A stretch of 48,593 bases of DNA, the filler included, from Sphacelaria rigidula (lineage: Eukaryota): the NCBI GenBank assembly GCA_964200075.2. It is 3 parts of 3 records of this genome, joined end to end, with 100 filler letters (N's around TTAATTAATTAA, not from the genome) between each part and the next. Parts side by side here need not be neighbours in the genome. Positions count along the whole stretch, not along the records: positions 1 to 16,131 come from CAXNAA020001471.1; 2 more parts are not named here. One strand, 5' to 3'. The position numbers and the translations under genes were made by a program. Positions 1 to 12,894 of the stretch are shown piece after piece. Each line of letters begins with the position of its first letter. Position 1 is the first letter of the stretch. Below the pieces are notes generated by a model. The model was not told where the DNA came from. It saw nothing but the letters and a program-made list of their open reading frames with translations, and did no database searches.

Positions 1-86
1 GCGAAAACCCGGCGTGCTCCGTCCCGGCTTTGTAGGGATGCGAGGTCAATGGTCCTATGACTGTGGCATGCATGATCATGAGTACA
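1..86 (+). mobile_element. 3' end of ~600-bp structured non-autonomous retroposon (same family as 7615-8260)
   Basis: Matches the 3' terminal block at 8163-8260 and the reverse complement of 16309-16406; followed by a C-run. Confidence 0.75.
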
Positions 87-99
87 CCCCCCCCTGGAA

Positions 100-164
100 T
101 GCTCCGTCTCGAGAGGGATGCATGGTCAATGGTCAAACGACTAAGGCAAGCAACAAGTAAGTAC
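100..164 (+). mobile_element. 67-bp structured mini-retroposon copy
   Basis: Near-identical to 24937-25003; flanked by direct repeat ~CCCCTGGAA. Confidence 0.75.
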
Positions 165-584
165 CCCCCCTCCCCTGGAAAGGGGATCAAATACGGCCAT
201 TTTTGGCCTGACTCATTTTTTTTCAGCCGTTGGCCCATGCAGCGTAATGCGCAAGAAAAGAAAAAAATGATTTCAACCCGAAAAACGCTCAAGATTTCAA
301 AAAAATCATCGCCTGAGACTGGACAGTTGAGAGGCCGTACAAACATAACTATGCAGACTTATGAGACAGAGGAAGTGCAAGCTGGGCCAGCAGTAAATCC
401 CGCGTTCGCGTTCCACACCACAACTCCCCAAGTTTCCCAAACCAGCGCGACTTGAGCATACTGCTGTGAAACTGCAGACCAACCTGGTTACACACGGCAC
501 CGCCGCTGAATGAAGAAGAAAACATGAAAAAAAAACTGCACCATATCTATGACCTTCACGACGGATGCGAAAAAAAATGAGAAT

Positions 585-652
585 CTGTCAGGATTTGAAC
601 TCCCAACCTCCATAACCGGAGTCTCCTGTATCACTCGGACTACAGGGTTGCC
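585..652 (-). repeat. Possible tRNA-derived SINE head (pol III A/B-box-like)
   Basis: Minus strand reads TAGTCCGAGTG (A-box-like) ... GAGTTCAAATCC (B-box); no complete cloverleaf. Confidence 0.35.
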
Positions 653-1050
653 GCCGTGTCACACGAAAAGTGCGGTACGGCGCATAATTTGAGGTACTTT
701 TGGCCGAAACTCGATCAGGATGTACTGGGTGCGAGTGCCCACAACGTCGTCCGGGGTGCAGCCGTATCATCATTTTATCAGGGAGTTATAGCATTATTAA
801 TGTTCTTGCTGAAGCTTCAACTCGCTCCAACTTCCTGTTTTTGTTTTTGTTTTTATTTCCCTCCGCGCCGCCAATAGGATCACGCGGGTTGATGATGAAA
901 ATATCGTGTAAAATGTTTAGCGCCTAATTCTTCGAATTACGAATCGCATCGCTATTCTCCATTCAAAAATCACTGTCAGCGGTCAGCGGGCCCAACTCGT
1001 ATCAATCGTGAGGAACGGTCTTATACCACACTATTGATTGTACAGTACAG

Positions 1051-1380
1051 CTCTAAGCCGGTTGCCCTGGAGGCTCAGTTGGTAACCTCGAAACCTTCGG
1101 ATGGTTGGGGCATGAGTTCGATTCTCGAAGAGATCTGGGATTTTTCTCCCACAGTGTTCAACAATGGAGAGCGACTATGTCGTGGGTACACAATATTCGA
1201 CTTGATGGTCGACGAGGGAAAGGGATCGCTGAACCCCTCTCGCGATGAAAAATATAAAGGTAAGCACCGCAGAAGGGAGGGTTGAGTACGAAAAACAAGA
1301 AAAAAAAACTCTCGTGTGACCCCGGCTAGTGCGCCCAATTACACCGAAAGATGTAGACCGCCGCCCAGAATCGATGAGAC

Positions 1381-1423
<43 letters not shown>

Positions 1424-4400
1424 CCCTGCACCACTACCGCATACATCTTATTCCACGTTTGACGAGGAAGGCCGCTCGCACACCCAGCCTGCAAAACAAA
1501 TGAAATTCCTTCTTCTCTCGATTGCGCCATTGTCTGATAACAGGAGCTCAAGTACCTCGTGCGCATTCGCTTCATCGTGGTGTCACCTTTCAAAAGTCGT
1601 CACCAGATGGGGCATGTTTTGTCGGAAGAGATTTGTCGTTCGCAGATAGTTGTGACGGGGTAAGGCCCAACAGAGAAGGGCGGTTTTCGTCTCGACCTGT
1701 TTATTTAATTTTCGAGTTGAAAGCACAGCGTTGTCAACCGCAACGTTATCGGTTGCTCGCACATGCGTAATTCGCCATCGTTTTTTTTTCCTCGTGTTGA
1801 ACCCGCACTGACCGTCACCGCGTTCGGCTGTCACATGTTTCGCAGGGTACCGAACTGGCCGCGGCGCACGGGACCCCTGTATCCTTCGCGGATGTGGGTC
1901 AATTTGCATTGGGAAAGCTGGGAGCGATGTTAGTTCACATCAGGTGAGCGATGCACAGTGCGACAGACGGTCCCGTGCAAGAAGACTATAACCCTGAACG
2001 TTAGCCCTGGCAGAGGGGCATGTAGGGATTTATTGTTCGGGACCGGTACCAGCCCTTAGGCGTCTGCTGTCTACGTCCCTGCTGTCTACGTCGCTTTACT
2101 CTTCTGTATCCGTTTTTATCTCCCGTTTTCCCTCTTCACTCGAGTTTCCTTAGCAACGTGCTTCGTTCGGTTTAGTCCATTTCTGTTTCGAAGTGTATGC
2201 AAACGTAAAAACAAAGCTCGTACGTCAAGATCCTTCACGTTTTTACCTTCTTGTAAGTATGAATCCCGACAATATCTACACTACTGGCAGATCAGTTACT
2301 GTACCACATGAAAATCTTTGCTAATTTACGGATATTGGTATATCCCGTTGTATCGAGTATCATAGGAGGCTATCTTCGGCCTCTGATATAAATTCATCGT
2401 GAAAGTCCGCACAGGGGTTGGTCAGTCTTGCGGAATTGCAGTGGTTTCCGTTTTGCCGTCGTCCTCTCTCCCTATGCAGCGCTCTCTGGAGGCTAGGTCC
2501 GTGGCATCATATCGATCATGCCGTGATAATATGGTGTGCTGTACTGTCTTTTCGCCCTTGCGTTTCTTCACACTTTCAACTCCTCCCTCCTCGGGATGCG
2601 TCCTTAGTGCCTTGGTGCCTTATTGTCTTGGTCTCTTGGGGTGTCGAGGGATGAAATGCCATTTCCCACAGTACATGCCTGACATGTTGATATCGTAGAT
2701 TAAATCATGACCAACTCTCGCGCACCGCGTCGATTCTCGCAACATTTCTTCACTACTCACCCGCTCACGTTGTGAAGTGCGAAAACCACAAACTTCCCAA
2801 CGACAAGAAACGAATTTTCCGGGTTTCGCACGCTCAACGTTCCACCCGAGCCAGCTATAGATGAACCGGTTGGACCATAGGGCCGCGGCGGCAACTACAC
2901 TTGACCACCCTGCCTCAGTTTTTGACATCATAACGAACACGCGGCGAGGGTATCCTGAAAATTAGCCGCTCTGTAAAGGGGTCTACGTTCAAGACACTCG
3001 CGGGAAGTACTCTCTATTTTTTACTCACGTACAAGTACGTACTTCCAACGTCGCTTTGTGTATTGCTCTTTCCATTGCCGGTTTGCGGACCTATCTTTAT
3101 TCATTCATCGCGGTGGTTCGAAGCCGGGACCTGATGGTCGTCAGACACCTGATATCTCCCCAGGTTTGTTGCCGTTGTACTGTATGCGAGGTGCTGTTCA
3201 GCTCTCAACGGACGCTTGTGGTAATTTTGTTTCCCTTCGGCAGATGGGCGGTCTCGACCGCTTCATGTTTCGGTATTAGCAATTTACGTTCTCGGAAAAT
3301 CGCGTTAACCCCTTCTAAGCCTGCTTCTAGTAGGGAGTCATTCGTGAGGAGGTAGGATACGGCGACCTGACTGTGGATCGCTCACCAGAAATGATGACAT
3401 GATACGGAGCAGTAAGTAGAGCGGTCAACCCTTTGAAGGCCGCCACACGTCCACGCCTTGTTGCCCTACTGGTGTGCCGGACTGGTCGTAGATTATTAGC
3501 CGGCTTTACGATGGTAAGGCCCTTTTGAAACGAAGGGGGAGTAATTTCCTCCTCCAGTGTTACACGGTCTTGTATCATTGGGCAAGCAACAAATGGGAGT
3601 ATATCTGGACGTTTTTCGGCCACAAATAGATGCAGGCTGTGTCGCAATACAATGACGTGGAATCGCGGCCATGTGATTGGCCGAAATAGCACCAGACCTG
3701 GTTGTGGCGAGAGATACCGTAGATGTTACTGAGTCTGTAAGTCTTATCTCCTAATTCTATACCTGATGGTGTGGTAACCCCCCCTACACACACAAAAATC
3801 GCTGCTTGGATGGTGCAAAATCCACATGCGGTTCAGAATGTCGGAAGCCGAACACACCTAGCAGCTGGGAGCTCCCACGCTCGGGATCGTTCTCGCCTAT
3901 GTCGCTCATATGGGGTGCTTCATTCAGTCTGAAATCAGCTGTCGTGCGCTACATGGTCGTTTTTTTAGTGACAGTTTTGAGGCTGTTTTTTTGTTTTTGT
4001 TTTTTGGGGGGGGTGCTATCGCGGCACCACTCAACAGCAGAACAAAATGGTTGACCGTTGCGCTGTAATGGGTAGTGTGAGTGGTCTACAACCAGACTGA
4101 CAAGCTCGTCTACCTTGTTAGTTCTTCAGAATACGTGAAAACATGTATCGAACCAAAATATAAAAAAGTTTTTGGCAATGTTCTCTGCCCAACTACAAAT
4201 GCACCCACAGTACGTGCATCGAGGAGGAGCCTGTGAGTAGAGCTTTCGATTGATACCTGGTTCATGATGGGATTCGACGTGTTCTACACAGTAAGGGGAT
4301 ATGCAGTGTTGTTTATACTTGGTGCCGGTACAAAGCTCTCAACAGACATGTCGGGCGATGAAATGGTGGTCCAAAACACAGGGGGAGCTTGCACTAAGAT

Positions 4401-7400
4401 ATTCAAATGAATCACGGGACTGTTCCTATCCTACTTCCCTGCAGCACTGTGGACAGGGCACGCTGTGTATGGAGCTTGAAATTCGCACAGGAGCTTCTCT
4501 GACTTCCGGCAAGCCTGAGAGAAAACCGTCCCCGACTTTTTCGACAAAAATTTCGTCGGAGATGAAGATTGGGGCAAAGATCATGGACATGCCCGTCTTT
4601 TTTTCCCCTCTCAAATGATGACAAAATACGGAGGTGCACGGCTTTTTAGTTGGGCGAATTCCACCACCTTACAATTTCCGCCACGTGCAGGTAGGTATAG
4701 ACTTTGGAGAAATGACGGGGGGAAAAAAGTAGAGTCGTTTACCTCAAACAATGGGAAAAGGTTGCCGTATGCCTCCAGGCTCGAACGTTCTCTTGTACAG
4801 CATTTCTACTCATCGTCCGAGGCATGTTGGCCGCTCATCTACGCCTGCAATAATCATCTTCCAAAAATTCGCCGGACTACCAATTTCGGTACAAATAACA
4901 TGGGTATTCAAAGGGACAAGCCTTCAACTACGTAGCTTGTGGGGCATTTCCTGCAGGAGCATATGTGCACTATTACATTCGATCAATGAACTTTTGTTCT
5001 GCCATACATGTGCTCGAGATACCTACTACTATTTGGTAGTTATGGCTTAGGGCGGAGCCACCGAATACCGGGAAAATTGGGGTGGTGGGCCTTAGGGAGG
5101 CGACCGTTGAAAGTGCGCCTGGACTCTACCGACACGTCGGAATGCGGTGGTGTGGCTTGCTTGTTTAAGTTAATATGTGATGTTTCGGACGCGCGTCTGC
5201 CTATTTCACGTTTTTTTGCCACTGTGATGCAATGGCAAACGGCTGCTTGGTTTTCTGCCACATGAAGCACGCCCCGCTAATGAATGTCCCGTTTCTTCGG
5301 GTGTGCCTGCACACGGACAGCACTTACCAAATACATAAGCTGGAGGGTCAGGATGAGTGATACTACGGTAGGGGTGCACAAATATTTTCTGAGGTTGGAA
5401 TTGTTAGGAGCCCTTTATCTCACCCAACACACGACTTCGAAAAATATGTGAGAGTACGCCTGGATTACTATTCCAAGGTGCTATGAATATCTCCGATGAA
5501 TTTGCAAACGGGGATGCCGTGACCCATAGTCTTGTGATTTAGAATCGTTAGGAACCCCTGAACCAGACAACATCTTGCAAAAAAATGTACCCCCACGGTA
5601 GCGTCGCTCGCATGAGGGCTCCGACCATACTTTGGGTGCGACCCTTATTCCTGCGCACATGTCCAGTATCACCGTTGTTCGGGCCCCACTCGTGTACGGT
5701 GCAGTTCCTGGAGAATAACTCCCACCATGTTATCAAGCTCGGTGTGTCGGGCAACCTACCGAAACCGAATATCTGCGCAGAATTTCCCCGAGTTCTCTTT
5801 CTCACTGCTTGATGAGCACTGCTCCTCGCTGAATTTTATGTTACCTTTGCCTCTCCACTCCCCTCGCGTGTGCTATTTGCTAATCCCAACGAAAATATTC
5901 GGGGTGGGGTGGGGGGGGTCGCGTTGGTATCTCTCATACGCGGTCGGCTATAGCGTGATCACAACTCTTCTGGGGGCGGCAACGGCGTACTTCATTACGG
6001 CTAACCAGCTACTGAGACAGACGCATTTCTATATCCAGCCGGAGGCTATGTCCGACACAACGGCGATGTACGTCAACACCTTGCTCTACATGTGCTTCAT
6101 GTACCCCGTCGCGTGCATCAAGTGAGTATCCACGTACAGCAGCACAAATATCTCGCATCGTACCCCGCGTGCCGTAAGAGCAATCATGCAGTATAAGTAA
6201 CGCTGCTATTATCGGGGTATCGGTAAATCGGGGAGATGAGAGCAAGACTGGGACAGCACCGTGGTCTTCAACCACCCCGCCGAGGGACACAAGGGGGGCC
6301 GTCAGCGACTGAACATGATATGCCGACAGAACAGCATGCTACGACATGCAGAGAGAACAATACAGAAACAAACCCATGAGGGCCCACAAGTAGCACTGTA
6401 CCGTACGCTTTGAGGGGGGACATGCGCGACCATATCTAACTCGCGTCTCGCTCCCCTGGCTGAGATCGCTCTCGTTGAGCGCTGTGGCGTCCGTCCCGGG
6501 AGACTTGTACTAAAATGTAATTACGGTCGGCGAGTTTTGGAAACACAAACACCCCTCTTCTGCTGTTACTGACTTCTGCTACGATGATTCCTCGGCTGCT
6601 GTCTCTCGCCGCAGGTCTCTCGCTCCTCTCTCTAAGTTCTCCTTCCCGGCAATCGTGGCAATCTTGGCCGGCTTTGGCGTGATAATCAAGCTCGGCCTTG
6701 ATGCGTGAGTTACCGAGTCGTCGATGGCGAGGATGGTTCGTTTGGTTTGATGCATTGAGATTTTTTCATGTTGAGGTAAGGAGCTTGTCCCAAATTGTCA
6801 AGTGTTACCTGTTGCTTCGTCAGGTTCTCCGCAATGAAGCGTACTCGAGCAACGGAACTGCTCCCTCCCTACAAATTGCGGGATATGTACCCTTTTCTAC
6901 AACTTCTCCATTTGTACTATTCACCTCCTTCAGTGTGTTGCTCAACTGAAGCGGATGGTTGTTACTCGAAATTAGGTACGGTTTTCCATCCATGGACGAG
7001 ATCATGTCCTGGGACGCCCTGTACGTGCCGCAGTCATTCCAGGGCTTCAGCGCATTCTTCGGAGTGGCGGTTTTCAGTTACGGAGCCACCATCATCATCG
7101 TGGAAATCCAGGTGATGACACGGCGTCCCATGTGCACGACCTCCCGTGCACACGAATGACAGCACGTCAAGACAGAGGAAAGGCACACGCATCCTGTAGG
7201 CGTGCCATTCTCCAGTACCACATATGAATGGTGTGCCTCGTTCACATGTTCTTTTCTGGCAGCTCTGCTCTGCTCTACGACGTATCCCAAAGTGCGGGAG
7301 ATGAACCGATTACACAAAGTCCCTAGAGAGCGAGCATTTTCTTCGCCCCTTCATCATTTCAGCCAAAGTGCCTACCGTTATTTGTTCAAAGTAGCTCTAG

Positions 7401-10400
7401 CAGCATCCTCCAGCGCATTGTGAACGTTTTCGCAGCCCACCCGTCCCTACAGCTACCGTTGACTGCTTTTCAAAGCTTTGTTATATCAGAGTGATGACGC
7501 GATGTTCCCCACACCTCGCCCAAATCAGCTCCGTCTCGAAAGGGATGCGTGGTCAATGATCAGACGACAAAGGCAAGTAAGAAATGGGTACGCCCCCCCC
7601 CATCTCTCCCGCCCTTAGCCTGGTCCGGCGAGAACCCGGCGTGCTCCGTCCCGGCCTTGTAGGGGCGGACCCCCGATGGGGTTGGCGTCGGTTGGCGATG
7701 ACGCTATAAAGCACGCCACTCACTGCGGAAGCGAGGCANNNNNNNNNNCCCCCGCGGGGGGGGGCGCCGGCTGGCGCTGGCGCTACCCTGCGCGCGCCTC
7801 GCTGCGGAAGCGAGGCAACCATGTTACCGTTTTTTTTTTACGCGCTTGCGTTTTTTTCGCGGTAACCACGATGGTAGTCGAGCTAGATCATGTTGTGCGG
7901 TGTGGGATAATCTCAACTCCGCACAGTAGAGATGATCGTACCACGTGATGTTTAAATGGTGAGGTACCCATGACGCAGTGTATGAGCCGTGGCTGTTTCT
8001 GGAAGTGGCGATACCAGACAATGAAGCAACTCATTATATGCTGTCATTCAAATGCAAGATGATCACTGGGCTTCGGGCCGAACAATCTTAGCAGGATGCA
8101 GCCCACCCTTCATGCAATTCGCCGAACATACCACGGCGCTTCGCGCTCGGTAATTGAGAGCGAGCCTAGTCCAACGAAAACCTGGCATGCTCCGTCCTGG
8201 CTTTGTAGGGATGCGAGGGCAATGGTCTTATGACTATGGCATGCATGATCATAAGTAAACCCTCCCGCCCCCCAGATTAGCGCCAAAACTATCACGAAGA
8301 GCCATATTGCGCATGATAACTTGTTCCAGATTGCATGGAGCGTCTCGTATGGGTGACATTGGCGAAAACTATCCCAAGCGTGGGAGTCATCAGCTGCTCG
8401 GGGTGCTCGGTATTCCGTCATTTCGATTCGTACGTAAAGCTTGCCTCCTCAAATTGGTCATGCAGTAGAGTTAACCGGCCTTAGGCTTCAAATGTTCATG
8501 GTTGATATTACCCGATTTGAGTGTGTACAACGAGAATCGAATCTCAAGGAGGGTTGACAGTCTCGTGTGCTCCTCGTGTGCGTAGAACGCGCAGGCGCCG
8601 ATTTGGGGTCTACCAAGGCCGCACTTTTCCGAGGGAATGCTATGTACCGCCCTTGCCCGGGGGTTCTCGGATTGCGTTGGGTTGGGGTTAGGGTTAGGGG
8701 TAGCGATACTTGTAAAATGTGTCAACCATGGACATTTGTAGCCCAGCGCCGGTTCACTAGCCTCAATTTTCGTGGAGGGGGGGTTACCGCTGCATCACTC
8801 ACCAGCAGAAGTTGACGTAATCGACCTAGAACCGGCTGGAAGCAAGGTACACCACGCTGCTAACCGGTTCGTACAAATGAAAATCTGAAGGATAGCAGAA
8901 CATGTGGCGAACCGGTCCCGATTGCAGCATGTCTAGAAACACTCTATTATACATGCTGCCGATCACATGGACACGTATGCTTACACTCTAACCCCGAGTT
9001 TTTGTGCACATGCCAACCTGTCTACTCATTTCCAGGAATCGATGGCCAACACGGACGAGTTCGTGCCGACACTCAGTACATCTCTGTGGATCATCTGGGT
9101 GGCCTACGCATTACTCGGCGGCCTGACCGTGCTCATATACCAACAGGCTGGCCCAGTGAGCGACAACGTCATGGAGGATCTCAGGGGCGGCGAGGCTGCG
9201 CAGGAGCCGCTCAGGTACCTGAACTATCCAAGGAATGACGTGGTTCACGTTGATCAGTTTGCCCCTCATGGAATCAGACATACCAGCTACCCCGACAAGT
9301 ACATGTTCATCGGGCAGTGTGTGGGCTCGGGTGCTCTGCCATACTTTGCCGAGAAGAATGCCGAGTGCAAATGGGCGGAAGCTGGGTGGCATGTTGATAG
9401 AATATATTATATCTAGACGCTGCTGGGCACGGTAGGGAGCAAAAAACCATGCCGATCGCTACACGCGTCTGCAAGTGTACTGTTCACGAGTGCGTGCTTG
9501 TGTCTGGTGGGAGATTCCGGGCTGTCGACCTCACACCGCAATCTGCCGACGCTGTCATTTTCTAATTTCCGCCTGAACCCCAATGTTTTTCGGCGTCCCC
9601 CGAAGTTATTTGCCGAGATCCACCATTTGAGAGTTTCGGGAAAAAAAAATAAACTCGGGGATGAGCGAAAAACGGATGGATTGTCTACGCTTAAACCCGA
9701 GGTTATTTATTTTTTCACCAGGTAGGTGTGGACCGTGGCCAACTTTTCGGGCTCAAGTACTTTCTGTTCCGAATGCCACGTGATCGGTGTCATGAGTTGA
9801 GGGGGTACAAGTCGCGCCGTACTATTCTGCGTTTGTACTCTGCGCCTTCCCCTGCGGCGCTACCTATACAGTGCGGAAGAGCATATATAGAGTTGTCTGT
9901 GCTGTCCCCGTACCGCTGAAATACGCGGCAACAGTATCGTCAACACAGCCTCCGGGTACGAATCCGGCACAGTACACAGCGTTGGGCACACAAACAGTGC
10001 ACCTCGGCGCCCGCTAGTCGTTCACAAGTCCTGCTCCTGTCGGGTCTTTTTCAGCACTAGTAAAAGTTGTGAGAACTGCACTGTTGCACTGTCTGTATAC
10101 AGCCCTGTACTGTCTGTAGTACAAGTGTACACATGCCTGTGTGTGTGCATGTACATACGTTGAGCAAGTGCGTTCATCCTCAGCAACATGCACGACGCAG
10201 TTATTCTAGCTGCGTGGAGGCGGACGGGGGAGCCGAGGCAGCTGCCGACCTGGCTGAAAATGAGGTGGAAGGGCGGAAGTCGGCGACTCATGCAGCCACT
10301 ACCAGGACATCGACAAAATGGCCACCCAATGGTGGTGTACCCGCGCGAGCAATCGCAAGCTTGACGTTTGGTGACCATTTGGTGCATGTCCTCTGAGCTG

Positions 10401-12894
10401 CTGCATGAGTGGCCGACTTCCGCCCCTCCGCCCTTCTGCCTCGTCTTCGGCCAGGTCGACTGGTGTCTCGGCTCCCCCGTTCGCCTCCAAGTCTTCCTCG
10501 TAGTCTTGGGTGACCCTCGTGAACGAGCTGATTCGTCATATTCTGGTCTTGAGAGGGGGAGACATCGTTAATTATCCCTTAGTTTTTCTGTTATGTTTTT
10601 TTTTTCTCCTCAACTCTCTATTAGAGAGTTTCGGGAAGAAAACCCCAGAACTCAGGGATAGGCAAAACACTGCTGGATTGTTTACGCTTGAACCCCAGGT
10701 TTGTTTTAATTTTTTTACGAGGTAGGTAGGGACCGTGGCCAACCTTTCAGGGTTCAGTATTCTCTGTTCCGAATGCCACGCGATCAGTGTCACGAGTTGG
10801 AGAGGTAAAAGTCGTACCGTGCTGTTTTGCATTTGTACTCTGCGCTCACCAATGCGGTGCTACCCGTACAGCGCGGAAAAGCATGTACAGAGTCGTGCTA
10901 CGATGGGTTGGGTGTTTGATTCTAGGAAAAAAGGACTCATGAATATTTCGGACAACCTGATACACTCGCGGCGCGCTTTTGTTTGGGTAAAACGGCGTCA
11001 AGCAGTATGAATGAGCGTTATTTATCGGTAACACGCGCGTTCGGACGATCCTTGCTGCTAACAGCGATGATTCAAACTTGAATTTCGTGGAAGCAATGGA
11101 CCATAATACCCTTCGTCCTATCTTACCATGGCTACAGTTGTTTGTGCTGTTCCCGTGCCGTTGATTACGCGACAGCAGTATCGTCAACACAGCCTCCGGG
11201 TACGAACTCGGCACAGTACACAGCGTCGACCATACAGGCAGTGTACCTCGGCGCCCGCTAGTCGTTCACAAGTCCTGCACCTGTCGGTGTGTGGTACAGC
11301 ACTATTATATTACAAGTTGTGACAGTTGAGAGTTGTGCTGTTGCACTGTCTGTAGACAAATCTGCATACTGACTGTAGTAGGTGTTCTGTACTGTACCGT
11401 CTCTAGAACAAGTGTGCACATGCCTGTGTGTGTGCGTGTGCATATTTGAGAAAGTACAGTCATTCTCGGTAAAGATCCACCACGCAGTAATCCTAGCTGC
11501 GTGGAGGCGAACGGGGGAACATACACCTGCCGACCTGGCTTATGATGACGTGGAAGGACGGAAGTTGGCCACTCATGCAGCCGCCACGAGGACTTCGACA
11601 AAATGACTACCCAATGGTGGTGTACCTGCGCGAGCTAACGCAAGCTTCACGTTGGGTAGCCATTTTGTGAAGTCCTCGTGGCGGCTGCGGCCGACTCCCG
11701 CCCTTTCGCGTCATCATAAGCCAGGCTGACTGGTGTCCCTCGGCTCTCCCGTTCGCCTCCAAGTCCTTGTCGTAGTCTTGAGTCATCCCGTGAACGAGCT
11801 GCCATCATCAGCACTGTCGCGGGCGTTCACGGCATCCGCCATCGCCCCACTTGAGAAATTTGTCCTGGCTGTGTTCTGTAACCTTGGTCGGTATGGAGCA
11901 GGCTGTATAATTCCGTTTTCTAACCCTGAACTGGGCACCAACGCTTCGGGGTGTTACGCAACTCAGGGTTAATTTTCAAATTTTCGAATCAATCCTGAGT
12001 TGCTGCGCACGTCTCTTCTCAGGGTTCAGTTTTCGGGGTTTAACTAGGGAAATTCGTCATATCCTGGCCTTAAATCCCAACTTCTAAACCCTTACCCTGA
12101 GTTTTCCGGCTGTTTTTTGTTTCCGGAACTCTCTATTGTCAATGCTCAGATGACTAAGGCAAGCAAAAAATGAGTATGTCCCCGAGATCCATTATGTCGG
12201 TTTCTCGCGTGGCGGCCATGGCGAAGTAGGCAACAGCGATCACATGTAGATCCTGAACTCACCCCTTTCCCGTCGTCGTGTGAATGCGTACACTGTTGAC
12301 GAACTAGATTTTGCCGAGCACTGCATACGTTGCGCCCTGTACACGAATGTCCCAGAAACAACCACCCACCACCCACACCTTTATGATGCTTCCCAACAAC
12401 ATCGCATCGGCAGGATTTTCGTCGTGATGGCGACCCTGCTAACCTGGCCCCTAGCAATGCAGCCGGTCAGCACCGTGTTCGGTAAGGCCCTCATCGGCAT
12501 GGGCTTCGGTGTGACCCCGAAGCCAAGCGAACCGGGCTATGGCGCCGTCGAGACCGGGACCGTCCAGGCGGCCTCCGGCGTGAACGGAGATAAGGATAGC
12601 CCGAAGGAACTCCCCCCTACCTTGTACTACGGCCTTAGGCTTGTGCTGGTAATCTTCTGCGGCGTGTGTGCCACCAGCGTGCCGAACTTCGGGTTGGTTG
12701 TGTCGCTATTGGGGTCGTTTGCGGTGACTCTCGGGAGCTTCGTCTTACCGCCCCTGTTCCACATGGTGGTGTTTAGCGGACACCAGTCCAAGATGGCGGA
12801 AGTGGCGGATTGCGCGCTGTTTGTTCTGGGCGTTGCGACTTGTATCTTCACCACTACCACCACTGCGGTCGGTGTGTTTAACGGCGACGCTTGA
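1051..12894 (+). CDS. Amino-acid transporter (Aa_trans / AAAP, SLC36/38-like), multi-exon, 5' part not found in window
   Basis: Phase-compatible GT-AG exon chain: 1051(or 1046)-1259, 1544-1659, 1846-1943, 5954-6121, 6615-6704, 6976-7111, 9036-9214, 12414-12894(TGA). Spliced product has AAAP motifs SFADVGQFALGKLGAMLVHISVITTLLGAATAY, CIKSLAPLSKFS, FFGVAVFSYGATIIIVEIQESM, TWPLAMQP and SVPNFGLVVSLLGSFAVTLGSFVLPPLFH. No start exon (TM1-2) found. Confidence 0.9.
1382..1422. repeat. (CA)n microsatellite in intron
   Basis: About 20 CA units seen directly. Confidence 0.95.
5355..5609. mobile_element. ~255-bp MITE family A (GAG...CTC termini, 4-bp TSD; Sola2-like)
   Basis: TIR GAGTGATRCTACGGTAGGGGTGCAC; flanks GGAT/GCAT; homologous to 23228-23734, 23859-24114 and 32308-32362. 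Confidence 0.8.
7528..7592 (+). mobile_element. 67-bp structured mini-retroposon copy
   Basis: Matches 24937-25003; followed by C8. Confidence 0.75.
7615..8260 (+). mobile_element. ~600-bp non-autonomous element with ~45-bp direct repeats near both ends and structured 3' end
   Basis: Colinear with the reverse complement of 16309-16873; repeat AGCCTGGTCCGGCGAGAACCCGGCGTGCTCCGTCCCGGC..TGTAGGG near both ends; TSD CTCCCGCCC (7606-7614 / 8262-8270); contains a 10-N gap. Confidence 0.8.
9628..10619. mobile_element. Non-autonomous TIR element (AGAGAGTT termini, ATT TSD; PIF/Harbinger-like), copy 1
   Basis: Left (T/A)GAGAGTTTCGGG, right ..CAACTCTCT; ATT at 9625-27 and 10620-22; colinear with copy 2. 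Confidence 0.7.
10623..12134. mobile_element. Non-autonomous TIR element (AGAGAGTT termini, ATT TSD), copy 2 in tandem
   Basis: TIR AGAGAGTTTCGGGAA / TTCCGGAACTCTCT; ATT at 10620-22 and 12135-37. Confidence 0.75.
10890..11133. mobile_element. Diverged MITE family B copy nested in TIR element copy 2
   Basis: Colinear with 23320-23570; absent at the equivalent site of copy 1 (~9890). Confidence 0.65.
12138..12178 (+). mobile_element. 5'-truncated copy of the 67-bp retroposon
   Basis: GTCAATG..GACTAAGGCAAGCAA..ATGAGTA followed by a C-run. Confidence 0.55.

Noticed and set aside
585-652. tRNA gene
   Set aside because: A/B-box-like motifs only; no acceptor stem or cloverleaf
4790-4900. FYSSSEACW resembling a Helitron Rep motif
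   Set aside because: Single short motif with no other Rep/helicase motifs recoverable; needs BLASTx
7528-8260. Hammerhead/HDV/twister ribozyme in the structured repeats
   Set aside because: No CUGAUGA/GAAA hammerhead core or other canonical ribozyme core recognised by eye
8679-8702. TTAGGG-like repeats (also ~20776-20810)
   Set aside because: Only 2-4 degenerate units, interstitial; not a telomere
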